Part shown: one piece after another, positions 36,421 to 48,490 of the stretch
Layout: every line of letters begins with the position of its first letter
Numbering within the stretch: position 1 is the first letter of the stretch
Program-made: the position numbers and the translations under genes
The notes under the pieces: model-generated
The model's input: only the letters and a program-made list of their open reading frames with translations
Told to the model about the DNA's origin: nothing
The model's database searches: none
Source of the DNA: Squatina squatina
Lineage: Eukaryota
Assembly (NCBI GenBank): GCA_031763465.1
Contig: JARFOE010000001.1
Coordinates: 15,000,300-15,062,208, forward strand
DNA: 61,909 nt
Direction of reading: 5' to 3'

Positions 36421-38899
36421 GAATTGTTTTAATATGGTTACAATTGTTATGTTCTGATAATAACAGCCTGCAGGGCCAAGGACGTATTCATGAAGTTTAC
36501 CGCAGTGCTTTTTGTGAGCTATTTGTATTCTTAAATACACTTTTGCTGAAAATTTTCTTCACTTGTATTGCAACAAAGACAGATCATCCAGAAAATTTAA
36601 TAGTTGATTCTTGGTCAGAATTCACATAGAATCTGATTAAGGCTGTAAGAAAACCAGTTTGTTGACAACCTTCTTGCCTGTGCTATACTGAGCAATGACC
36701 CTGTCTTACATTATCATTTGAATTATAGTTCAGCTTCCATGACAAATGATGTGTCATTCTTTGTAAACTTCTCATTTCCTTACATTAAAACCTAGTAAAC
36801 TCTGTCCTTATCCATCATCATACAATATTCAGCAGTCTCCTATCATATTCATTTCATCCACTACATTTCAAAGAGCGTGTATGATTTCCCATTAAATTAC
36901 CCTTTGAGTACTGAATTTCTATTACAGCACGCCAACTCCTGCAGGCCATGGAAAGTTAATAAAACACATTTTACTTTGTTTAATTAAAGGTGGATTGTTT
37001 GACAGTTCCCTATTAAACTGAAATTGTTTAACATTGTTTCTGATCTCATAAGGGGTCCCTGAAAATTTTCTTTTAAAACAGATTGCAATTTCAATGGTTT
37101 TGTATTGTTCACTGTTCACTGCATTGTTGCTATGTTTAAAATGGAAACAAATTAGCATAAAATATTATACAGTATATCATTCATGCACCAAGATAGTTTC
37201 TGACTGANNNNNNNNNNNNNNNNNNNNNNNNNNNNNNNNNNNNNNNNNNNNNNNNNNNNNNNNNNNNNNNNNNNNNNNNNNNNNNNNNNNNNNNNNNNNN
37301 NNNNNNNGGATGTTATTGAAGATATATAGTCCTTTTGTGCTGGCTACTTGTACCATAAGAAGTCACCAATACTGCTCAAATACTAAACATTCCTTAGTGC
37401 ACAGGGTATTTACCATTATTTCTATCAAACTGTGTGGTTTAATCCCGCCTGCAACAGAGGCAGACAGGTCTGCACAACATGTTTCTTTGATGTCCTCATA
37501 GTACATGTAAGCACACAGTTGAACTCCTAATGCCCCCAAATCACTGTTGATGTTAAATTTAGTAGAATAGCCTAAGGACAGAATAGTATTGTTTCTACTC
37601 GTTTCATATTTGCTTTTCTCTTAACCTGCGACCCTCTGTGGTTCACGACAGCAGCCAGTTATGTTTTGCCAGCAATAATGGATGATCCAGTGTGGTTCTT
37701 TACCTAAAGCTCCTTACCTTTTTGATTTTTAAAATCTCTTTCTTCATCCAATATTTCTTTTCCTGTCTTTAATTCTTTCTCTGTATCTAATTGGACTCTA
37801 ATTCACCCTACTTCCTTATCTGTCATCCTTCTGTTTCTTTCTCAATCCTTAAATCTCATTGGTTAAGTAGCTAGACTGTTGGTCCCACCATTCACCAAGG
37901 TGCCATTGCCCTCACTGTGCCATTGTCAGCTTGAACTTCCAGCAAATTTCAACACAAATAACTTTCGAGCTGAAGGGTGAGGAAAAAAATCTAATGAACA
38001 GGACGTGCCACAAGATACCCTGCTCCAGCAAATTCTGGGACATTATTTCTTTCTTCAAAAGCCAAGATTCTGAGCAGATTCTAAGATGCAAATGTATTCA
38101 TTGAACTAATAGAGGTTCTTCTCTGGCTATTCTAATCAAGCTACATAGTGTATGCAATGTCATCTTGGCAGCTTGAAGCTTACTATATTATAACTATGTT
38201 TATGAATATTAATGAAAGTAATGGCTTAGTGAGTTTCTGTAGTAATGAGACTTGTAGGTGCTTTAGACATCTGCCATCTATCCATGCCCCTGGTAAATTC
38301 TTTCCAGCTAACACCAGCTAAAATTAACGATGCGGTGATTATGATTTCTTTGCAGTCTATCAAGTGGGGACCGGAATCAATTAAGCTAAGCAGTAATCAA
38401 ACCATATGTTATCAACATGGAAGATCTCGTAACTTTACAGCTCAATTCGATTTGGTGGCTTAATGCGCACTTGTCCAACTGCTGCAGGTGAATTTTAGGA
38501 GACCTAACACTTGCATTCCTGAGAAATGTGGTGACTTGGTCAGAGTTGTGAGCAGGCTTGCTTTTAAGAAGGCCAATCATGTTAAAGAAAGAAAAAGCTA
38601 CATCAGTGTATGTTTCTGGTTGGATCAATGTTACTCATATTCACTGAAATGGATTTTTGTACTGCTGCTTTTACTGAAAGTTCTAATAAATAGTTACCAA
38701 AAATTGCAATAGAAATCCATTTTTGACATGATAAAATGGTACATTTTCTGAACTAGATTTAAATTGATCACTTTTTTCTATAACTCTGCGTTGCTTATTT
38801 TTCTATTCTTTTTTCTATTATCCTGAGCACACTCCAGCTTGTCAGCTTCACTGCATATCAGGGGTTCAGAACAATTAAAAAAAAGTTAAGATGAAAAAT

Positions 38900-39057
38900 G
38901 GCAAAACGGCTTTGTATCTTAATGCACAAAGCATTCCTAATAAGGTAAATGAACTTATGGCACAATTGAGGTAAATGGGACGATCTTATAGCTATTACGG
39001 AGATATGGTTGGAGGAAGATCAAAGCTGGGAACTTAATACTCAGGGATATTTGACTT
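38900..39057 (+). mobile_element. CR1 LINE ORF2 endonuclease N-terminal fragment
   Basis: LYLNAQSIPNKVNELMAQ..NG.DLIAITEIWL (APE-type endonuclease). Confidence 0.8.
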
Positions 39058-39789
39058 NNNNNNNNNNNNNNNNNNNNNNNNNNNNNNNNNNNNNNNNNNN
39101 NNNNNNNNNNNNNNNNNNNNNNNNNNNNNNNNNNNNNNNNNNNNNNNNNNNNNNNNNTATCTTAGAAGTTTAAGCTCTTGTTATTTGCTTTCTTCCAAAG
39201 ATTAAGACCTTGACATTAAGATTGTGCACAAATACTTGCTGCACTTATATATAACTCACTTGTTCGCTTTTTAATATCATCAAAAACTGGACAAAGGGAT
39301 TTAATATGAATTATTATCTTCAAATAGCATAATTTCAAGGTCTAAATGAGCTGAGTGAAGAAGGCTCAATGGGCTGAGTGACCTTTCCATGTTCCATTCT
39401 ATTTTGAGGAGCTGTTATACTGAAGACATTACATTGATTTGAACTGATTTCTGTGATGCATCAATGGAGAATCTTAAATGTAGCTGCGACTTATGTCAAG
39501 GTATCTGAATATGAACAGACTTATCACAAGCAGTGTGAGACCTCCTCGAGGCGATGGTTTTCACATCACTTCTGCTTCTCACCTTTTGCAGTTATATACA
39601 ACTAGCGGAAAGCTAACATTTTAAACTTTAAAAAGGTCCAACGTTTTTGTAACATTAAAAAGCAATTGACATGGATGCTGGTATGTCGAGCTCTGCTCAT
39701 ATAGATAAGCATACATACACAGAGCTCTACGTTGTGTGAACAAAGAAGTATAGGGTGAAATTTCCACAATGTGAATGGGCACAGAATTG

Positions 39790-39990
39790 GTGGGAGGCTT
39801 CAGTGTTCAGCAGTAATAATGACTCTGACTGGGCTCATGAGTCCTGCAGGATAAAGTTGGCATACTGTGCCTGCATCAGGTGGTGAGGAAACCAGTATGA
39901 GGAAGAAACCTACTTGACCTTCTACTCACCAATCTCCCTGGTGCAGTCACACAGATAGCACTGATCAGAGTGACTACGGTCCTCATAAAG
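39790..39990 (+). mobile_element. LINE (RTE-X-like) endonuclease fragment
   Basis: QVVRKP..GRNLLDLLLTNLP...SD(H/Y), with frameshifts. Confidence 0.6.
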
Positions 39991-39995
39991 ACAAA

Positions 39996-40377
39996 GGGGC
40001 CGAAATTGGCTGTCGCCACATTTGAAACGACGCAGCACTGATCAGTGCCCAAACAGCGCCCGGCGTTAATAGCATCATTGAGCTGTGAAATTCACTAATG
40101 TTTTCATTCTGACCATGTGTGGTGCTGTTGGAGGCGCTGACAGCAGCCTGGAGGTGTTGTAGGGGCGCTCTCTTGACGGCTCACAGCTCTATCAGGTGAC
40201 CCAGCTCGTTGTTCAATTGCATTCCCACTGCCTTCATTCATATAAAAGTATGGCTGCTCACACTACTGCAGCTTCTTTGGCTCATACTTTGTTGAGATGG
40301 CAGTAGTTAATAGGAGCCAGTGTTTTTCTGGTGAGGCTCTGGAGATTCTGGTGTCTAGGATAGAGAGGAGGAGGGGC
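39996..40377 (+). mobile_element. Harbinger element left end with start of Myb/SANT ORF2
   Basis: Terminus ggggccgaaattggc, TATA-like tataaaa at 40241, then MAVVNRSQCFSGEALEILVSRIERRR (the F-S-x-x-x-L-E-x-L-V start of Harbinger Myb/SANT-like proteins). Confidence 0.7.
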
Positions 40378-40477
40378 NNNNNNNNNNNNNNNNNNNNNNN
40401 NNNNNNNNNNNNNNNNNNNNNNNNNNNNNNNNNNNNNNNNNNNNNNNNNNNNNNNNNNNNNNNNNNNNNNNNNNNNN

Positions 40478-40632
40478 AGACCAGGTCAGGATGGCAGATT
40501 CCCTTCCACTAAAGGACATTAGTGAACCAGAAGAGTTTTTAAGATAATCTGATAGTTTCAAGGTCACCATTACTGACACTAGCTTTTTTAAAATTTAAGA
40601 TTATTTTAATTAACTGAATTTAAATTCCACAG
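40478..40632 (-). mobile_element. Elasmobranch tRNA-type SINE fragment (family not assigned)
   Basis: gatggcagattcccttccactaaaggacattagtgaaccaga...ggtcaccattactga, recalled as an abundant shark SINE core. Confidence 0.55.
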
Positions 40633-42374
40633 CGTGCACTGATGACATCATCGGAGGTGCAAACATGATCTCTCCTGGCCACGGAGACGCTAAACTTTAG
40701 CGCCTAAAGTGTTTGCCTAGCAAATTTTGCTCAAGGCGCTAAACGGCAATTTAACGCCTTAAGAATGTTTAGTGCCCTGCTAACACCTTAAGGAGCCGTT
40801 AACCCAATTTCGCACAGTGGCCAATTTCACCAACCATGTGTTTTTGTTATGTGTTACATGTAATGCTGGGAAAGATGGGACCATAGTTTTGTTGTATTTG
40901 AGAGGGGAATACAAACATTTTTTTTTAAGGGGCAAAGCAGTTTAATGTATTATCATATGGGTTGGTATGAGCATGCTCAGTCTGTTCTGGCCTAATAAAG
41001 CAAGCACATGGAGTAGCAACTCATCGTGTCACTGTCCTTCATTTGTTCTTCCCACATATATTACGTTTATCAATAAATACTGTAATCATGTAACTCATAC
41101 TTGAACATTTACATCACTTGTATGTAATGTCATCCCAAAGAAAATAGCACAAAATAATTTCCAAACTAGGTTTGCAAAATATTTTTTGATGACAATAGTG
41201 CTCCTTTAAAACACAGACTTCTGTAGCTAGGTATTATTTCCACTTTGCTTAAACTCCATGCCACGTCTCTCATTTCAAAGATCATTTCTTTGAAACTTTT
41301 GACACCATTTTCCTTTGAGATATTCTTTCACTCTCAGTTCTTATTAAACTTTCCCCTCTATTACAGAGTCAGCCGTTTTAAATATCCATGCGCCACCTCA
41401 GACTACTCAAAATTCACTTCATTCTTCAATGGGACAGAAAACACTGACATCACCATCTGATCTTACTCTTCTGCTCTGTGACACCATCTTCCCCTTTTTC
41501 AATAATTTATAACATGTTTTATTCAGGTTAACCTGTGATCCATACCCTTCAGACTCTGCAAGTCACTGGGTTCTGTGTGCTATAAAGAATTCAACAGCCG
41601 TTTCTTACAAAGGACATTGCACTGCATAGACTGCAGAAGGCAGAGCTATGGGAAATCTTGCCTTCTATTTGGAAAGCTATGAGCATATTGAGATGCATGT
41701 TCACTTTCTTTGTTTACAGAGCTTTTCGTGACATATGTCACTCGACATTCTCACTCTTGTTTTCTATGTAATCTGAGACCTAAACCAACGAATCCTTTTT
41801 TCTTTCCATTTTTCCATCTATTCCTCTCTTTCTGTCACTTTCACTTGAAATCCAGACCACTGTGTTCAGTGCAGTCGTCACCTCCATAGTCATAGTCAGT
41901 GCAAAGTGGACAGATGACAATGGCTGCAGATCTTCATGCAGCAGGTGGCACAGATCCCATTATTGCCTCCTTGGTGAAGTGCTTCTAACTTATAGCTCCT
42001 TACTAAGGTTTTCATAGGGCCTCTGTTGCCCATAAATTCTTGTGAAATGCAACATTTTAGGTTGCATCCTCCTTAATTGCTACCTTAATCTGCTTTCCAC
42101 TATCTTGTCCTGCTGCTCATTCTCCAACATAATAATGGCCATGGGTATACCCAGAAGGAGTGTCTTGCCTGCTCCTGAGAAGCTCCTACTGGGAGAGGGC
42201 GGGCGGGGGGGGGGTGGGGAGGGTGGCGGGGGGGCCGGAAGTCAAAAGCGCTCACACAAGTTGATACTAGCTACNNNNNNNNNNNNNNNNNNNNNNNNNN
42301 NNNNNNNNNNNNNNNNNNNNNNNNNNNNNNNNNNNNNNNNNNNNNNNNNNNNNNNNNNNNNNNNNNNNNNNNNN

Positions 42375-42565
42375 CATTTCCAACCTCACCTCATAACTTG
42401 AAGTTCTTCATCCCTGGTAATATCTTGATAAACCTCCTCTGTGACCTTTCAAGGTCTTTACATCTTTCCTGAAATGTGGTGCCCAGAATTGTCCACAATA
42501 CTCCAGCTGAGGCCTAACCAGTGACTTATAAGTTTCTAGCATGATCTCTTTGCTTTTATTGTCTA
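42375..42565 (-). mobile_element. CR1 LINE ORF2 fragment
   Basis: Reverse complement reads [39 protein letters not shown]. Confidence 0.85.
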
Positions 42566-44866
42566 TCCCTCAATCTTAAAAAAAATCTTCTTTCCTTACC
42601 TTCTAGCTCCTTCTTTGACAGTGATAAACCTCTCTTTTCTAATTTATTGGGCCCTAAGCNNNNNNNNNNGATCTCATCTACACTCAGTAAATATAAATCA
42701 CACTGGGTCTAACAATGATGAGCTGGGCATAATGCCCCCCAGATAAAGTAGTCCCTGTATGTAATACTGTCAGTCCAAAGAAGCGCCTGTGAGAAAAATA
42801 CTTGCGGCGGAAATGTGGCAGGCCTCAGTTCCAGTCCAAATTGCAGACCCCATTTCTTGGCAGGAGCATATGACAGATTGGCCCTCCCCTCTGACTACCA
42901 TTTTTACCCATATGGATTAAAGTATCTTTGCCAATGACTTTGTGACCTCACATCCCTTTAAAAACAGTCGGGTAAATATGCCTCTTCGCCACATGGGCGG
43001 TAATCTGACATAGCCGATCACCCAGGTGTTATACAACCTGTCAATCCATTCAGTTCTATCACGGCTGGCGATCCAAACCACCAGATTACCACACGTGATG
43101 AAGACGNNNNNNNNNNATTTATCTCAGCACTTCTTATTAGGTTCTCTTTTACGTGAATAGACTTTTTTATATTAAAATTATTATGCTGGATTTAGATCCA
43201 ACATTGTCTTGACTTTTTTTTTAATTTTGTAAATCCTAGACAAATGCTACATCTTCAATTTACACCTCTTCACCAGTAATCCATGTTCAAGCTTTATCAT
43301 TTTCTGTAAATGAGTTGGTAAATGGGGTCGCACAAGTCAAAGTCAAATGTAAATGCTCTCATTATTTATTAATCTATTTTAAATTAATAACAGTTGGCCG
43401 ACATGACTAATTAGCTATAAAACCACTATGCGAAAAAGTGATTGGATACGATTTGTATCCTACATAATTTTGCAATGTATTTTAGCAACTTAAGTATGTT
43501 ATTTTGTGATGTACTGGAAATAATTAAAATGTTATCATGTAGCTATTTTACTATAGAATCTAAGATTGAAAGTGCTTTTTGTGCACGTGCATATGAAGAA
43601 AGATGGACAGAGAAAGATCAGCTGGTCCCTTGAGTCTGTTCCATNNNNNNNNNNNNNNNNNNNNNNNNNNNNNNNNNNNNNNNNNNNNNNNNNNNNNNNN
43701 NNNNNNNNNNNNNNNNNNNNNNNNNNNNNNNNNNNNNNNNNNNNTTTTAAAGCTGTCAGAATTTTTTTTTCAAAGTGTCAAATTGCAGACCTTAAAGGGA
43801 GAGTTCCGAGACCGGAACTTTGTGCTCACCAATTCGTCCCTTAGCGTCAGTAACTCAGGGCAATCGAATTGGCCACCCCTAAACTCTGTGGTATGTCTTG
43901 TAACAGTCTATTGGTGATGTGATCTGGTAGAAACCTTGTGAATGCAAACTTTACCCTTGTGATGAACAAACTGTTCTCTTACCTAATTGTTCTACTCAGG
44001 AAGTGCTAAAGATGCATAGAGAATCAATAAATGCCTGTGCAAATGTTCCCTCTAGAGGAAGAAGGTTTCCATTTACTGGAATGTAAGGTATCAGCTTGTC
44101 TAAGCAGACCTAATAATTGTAAACAAACACCACAGTGCTGCTCCCAAGCCAAAGAAAAGGAGCTACATGGAGTTGCAGTGACTATAATATAGCAGTAATG
44201 CTGTTACAGGGAATAAAGCGTGATATTCAGGATGCAGCAATAATTGGATAGATCTGTGCATCACTTTTTTTTTGGCTTGTTTCCTTCACTTTCTCCTGTC
44301 TTCCTCTTGGTGTTAAATTTTGTTTGATAACCCTCCTCTGAGAGGTTTTACTATGTTAAAGGTGCTATATAAATGAAAGTTGTTGTTGAAGGCATTGAAT
44401 ATTTTGGTTGTTCCATGGGCAATAGCCGCCTTCTGGTACCTTGTCCAAGTGGCCATTTTTTATATGTGAGACTGCAATGTCTTGAGGGGAAGGCTGAACA
44501 AGAGCTTTGCAGCAAGGTCATTATTCACTGATAAAATAGAAAAAATATTGTGAGTTCAGAAACGTATTTCTGGTCGTAGAGCAAAGGGTGGACACAGGAA
44601 AATAAGTCGAACAAGTGTTGTTAGAAAAGAGGTAGAGAAGCAAATTGTCATTGGTGACTTCTTTATTTTTATCCAAAACAGTAAAATTGATTGTGTTTCA
44701 TAATGTTTTAATAGAGCATAACTGTAAGCAGTTATGTTTTACATAGAAACATAGAAAATAGGTGCANNNNNNNNNNNNNNNNNNNNNNNNNNNNNNNNNN
44801 NNNNNNNNNNNNNNNNNNNNNNNNNNNNNNNNNNNNNNNNNNNNNNNNNNNNNNNNNNNNNNNNNN

Positions 44867-45090
44867 TTAAGCAGTGATTTGATTGAAGTTTTCAAAGTAT
44901 AAAGGGGAACAGATAGGGTAGATAGAGAGAAACTATTTTTACTGGTTGAAGAATCTAGGACTAGGGGGTAGAGTCTAAAAATTAGAGCCAGACCTTTCAG
45001 GGGTGAAATTAGGAAACCCTTCTACACACAACGGGTGGTAAAAGTTTGGCACACTCTTCTGCCTACTCCTGTTCCTACGTTCCTATGTTC
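44867..45090 (+). mobile_element. CR1 LINE 3' end
   Basis: DLIEVFK...SRTRG..LKIRARPFRGEIRKPFYTQRVVKVW, then a cctactcctgttcctacgttcctatgttcc tail. Confidence 0.85.
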
Positions 45091-45174
45091 CCTGAACCAC
45101 AGGTAACTGTGAAGGGTTACTTGTATGGTAATTCATCTTACATGATTAACAGTGTACTGGCAACTATGGTGCTC

Positions 45175-45345
45175 AAGAAAGAAAGTCAAGTCATTGCACT
45201 TTTCTAGCACTGATCTTCAGATCTGGGGTGAGAGAGGTGACGCTCAGTGCCACTGCCACTTCCTTCCACATGGTACATGAGACACTTCTCTGAGGTTTCT
45301 TCTCATTAGCATCCACCAGGCTTTCACCGCTTTCCTGCATTTAAT
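45175..45345 (-). mobile_element. Harbinger Myb/SANT-like ORF2 fragment (degenerate)
   Basis: Minus strand AVKALVDA...MWKEVAVALSVTSLTP/RSEDQC*K.CNDL matches the W..IA..V...RT..QC.KKW.DL pattern. Confidence 0.65.
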
Positions 45346-45480
45346 CCAGGACACCTGTATTTTTGTCAATATCTATATGGTCAGCGGTATACTCGTGACT
45401 CCATAATGCCCACCATATTGGAGGCTTAGGAGGCTATCTAGGGCCTGAAAAAGGGCTGTGGGCCATGCATTCTTAAAGTA

Positions 45481-45730
45481 AAAAGGAAAACTGCAAATTC
45501 TGGAAATCTGAAATAAGAATAGAAACTGCTGGAAATACCTTTTTGCTTCTGTAAAGAGAAAAGACAGGTTAAAACGTTATGGGTATGTGCCCTGCATCAC
45601 AATTGAAGGCTGCGTTCAGGCTTCAGTTCTGACTAAAGGCACACACCCAAAGCTTCATAATCTGTCTTTTCTCTTTGCAGTTACTGATTGACATGCTTTG
45701 TACTTCCAGCATTTTCTGTTCATATTTTAT
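45481..45730. repeat. Inverted pair of Penelope-type terminal repeats (long imperfect hairpin)
   Basis: ctgtaaagagaaaagacaggtta / taatctgtcttttctctttgcag and agaaactgctggaaatac / gtacttccagcattttct. Confidence 0.75.
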
Positions 45731-47030
45731 ATATTTACATATATGCATTCCTGTTTGGATTTTCAACAGGATTGCAAGTCTTGTGAAGCAATGGAGGATG
45801 TAAGGATAATTATTTTACTTCTGCACTGGGGCAGCATGCCAGGAGCACATATTGCTAAATTGTGCATTCCTGGAATTTGATTCTCTGTCCATTAAAATTA
45901 ATAGGTGGAAAATCACAGGCTGGAAATGCACGATTTTACAATATATACTTCTGATGTGAGTCCTGAGCCCAGAAGTGGAAACTCTACCATCTAATACCAA
46001 TTATCGCGCCTAAAAGCAACTAATTGCAATTAATTATTAAGTAAAAGCAGATCTTTATTTTTGTATAATACAGATTACAATGAAGTAGAAAAATAAAACA
46101 AAAAATGAAGATACCACTGCAGGTTTCAGCAAACTCCCTCCGCTGCCATGTTAATGCACTCATTTATCAATAAACGATAAGGTTAAACTAACAGATTCGT
46201 AGCATTACAAATGATGCACATCTTTTCTACAAGCGCCTGTAGTTAGTTATTCATGCAGTCACTATGGAGTACGCCATTATGAAAAATATTCTGGCATGAA
46301 TCCTTCATGCTATTACATAGAACTATTCTAGTAATAGCTGCTTCTCATTTGCAGGGCCAAAACTCAAGCCATCATCTCCTTCCCTTTGCAGTAACCCAAC
46401 ATCATGCGTCATGTTGGTGTGACCTATGCAAAAGTACAAAACTGTTCTACTTGTGCATCAATGCATTGCTTGTGGGATGGGGTGGGGTGGTGTATGCTGG
46501 TGTCAGTACTCTGTGATGAATGTGCGCCTTACACACTGCATGAGCCCTGTGACTGCTCAGTAGGCTCTGATTAGACCGGGGTCTCGACTCTAGTTATACC
46601 CTGATATGAGTGATCCTTTCAATTTCCACTAGTTTTTTTCCAGTGTTGCATTGCATCCCACATCTCTGTTCTGAAGATAATCAAGTGGATGCAACATACG
46701 TGGAGGGTGTCCCTCTCTGCTCCATTGGTCTTAACATACTGCAACCTAGAAAACTTGGAAGAGCTGATGAAGAAATTCAAAAAAGCTGACATAGCCCCAG
46801 AAAAGTTTACAATTCAAAAAGCACCATACAACTGGAGAACAGCCATGAAGAAAGGTCTATAACCAAGGATGCTGATTTAAAGTGACTAAATAAGTTTTCA
46901 GGATTTTTATTCATGTTTGTTTATTTGCGATATGAAAGCTGAAATCCAGTGACATATGAAAATAAGTAGTTATAATGGGAGTGATTATTTTAGTGGCAGC
47001 TATACCTAACATATCTACATGCAGAAGGTA

Positions 47031-47501
47031 AGGCTGGGATTTTGCTCACTTTGGCAGGTCCAGGGTGGTCGACATCAGTGGCAGTCCCAACCCTGCTGCT
47101 GGCTCCATCCTGCTCTGGAAAATTCCCATTGATGGGGCTTGTTAAGCCCGCCTAGCACATTTCCCAGTTCAATTAGAGAAAGCGGTCTGGTGACATCATT
47201 TCATGATGTGTCATCAGCCAGTTTCCTTAAAGGGACCATGGCCAACTTTATTTTGACATTTGTGCTGTTAGTGTTCTACAGCATTGAGGTGCTGCAATCA
47301 CTGACACAAAGCACAGAGGTGCAGGGCTGCACCCAGGTTCCCCCATGACTCCCTCCATGTGTCAGAGTCAGAGCATGCAGGGAGGTCCTCTTTCCTTCCT
47401 TTGGGCGGAAGAGACCTCCCCAGGTGACCAACACAGCCTAGTTGCACATTGCAGAGAAGTTCACAAGCAGCGATGTGGTCAGGAAGACCTGGGTGCAGGG
47501 G
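47031..47501 (+). mobile_element. Harbinger element left end with Myb/SANT ORF2 start
   Basis: Terminus aggctgggattttg; AAPRFPHDSL...REVLF...LHIAEKFTSSDVVRKTWVQ across frameshifts. Confidence 0.7.
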
Positions 47502-48374
47502 NNNNNNNNNNNNNNNNNNNNNNNNNNNNNNNNNNNNNNNNNNNNNNNNNNNNNNNNNNNNNNNNNNNNNNNNNNNNNNNNNNNNNNNNNNNNNNNNNNN
47601 NTTACAACTGGAAGAGCATGGGAGACATTCAAATTGTTTTGTAAACCTAATCTGTAGATGGTTAATAGATAAAAATAACTATCTCCCAATAAAGGATGGT
47701 CGATAATGCTTGTTTGTCTTACTCAGGTGAACAGCCTGATAAGTGCTTGTGCAATCCCAAACATTTTTGGATCACAGCATTGATTTGTTAAATGCTTTGT
47801 AATGGAAATTTAACTGCTGCTTTTATTTATGGCTGAGGTTAATTGAACCCAGAGCTCTAAGATTTACCTCACTCATTGGATTCAACTGGACTGATAGAAA
47901 AGTCAATATATATTGGTTTTGCATTATTTAGAAGGTCATTGGTTCAGGTCCATAAACACATATTGCAGACCTTAAAAGATAAAAGCCACCTTTTCAGAAT
48001 TTGATTGCATGGCATTGTGCTGAGGAATTTATTGGCTCTGTTTAAAGCATTATGTTGCTATAAAGTTGTCTTATATATTCAGTTCCAGATTACTTGATTT
48101 TTCTATACCCTCTATTTATATCATAAAACACTAAGGATGCCCAATTCGATTGGCCTAAGTTTCTGGCGCTAACTGAGGAATATTTGGGTGCTAGGTTTTG
48201 GTCTTAGAACTTTAGGCTAAAGTCAGCCTTTTCAATAATTTGAAAAAAATTGTAAANNNNNNNNNNNNNNNNNNNNNNNNNNNNNNNNNNNNNNNNNNNN
48301 NNNNNNNNNNNNNNNNNNNNNNNNNNNNNNNNNNNNNNNNNNNNNNNNNNNNNNNNCTTTACTTCCTAGTCAGC

Positions 48375-48490
48375 ACACAGCAACCAATTGTCACTCCCTT
48401 CTGTCATGTCCACTAAGGTTGGCTAGCTCAACACAGGCTGGGGATCGAGGCAAGGACCTTTTGGTACATGGCTCAGTTCCTCACTCGATA
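48375..48490 (-). mobile_element. Old tRNA-derived SINE head fragment
   Basis: Minus strand actgagccatgtaccaaaaggtccttgcctcgatccccagcctgtgttgagctagc, with a B-box-like tcgatccc. Confidence 0.45.

Noticed and set aside
43255-43335. Weak LF-SINE-like similarity (cctcttcacc...gtaaatgagttggt)
   Set aside because: Only short scattered words match from memory; not supportable without an alignment.
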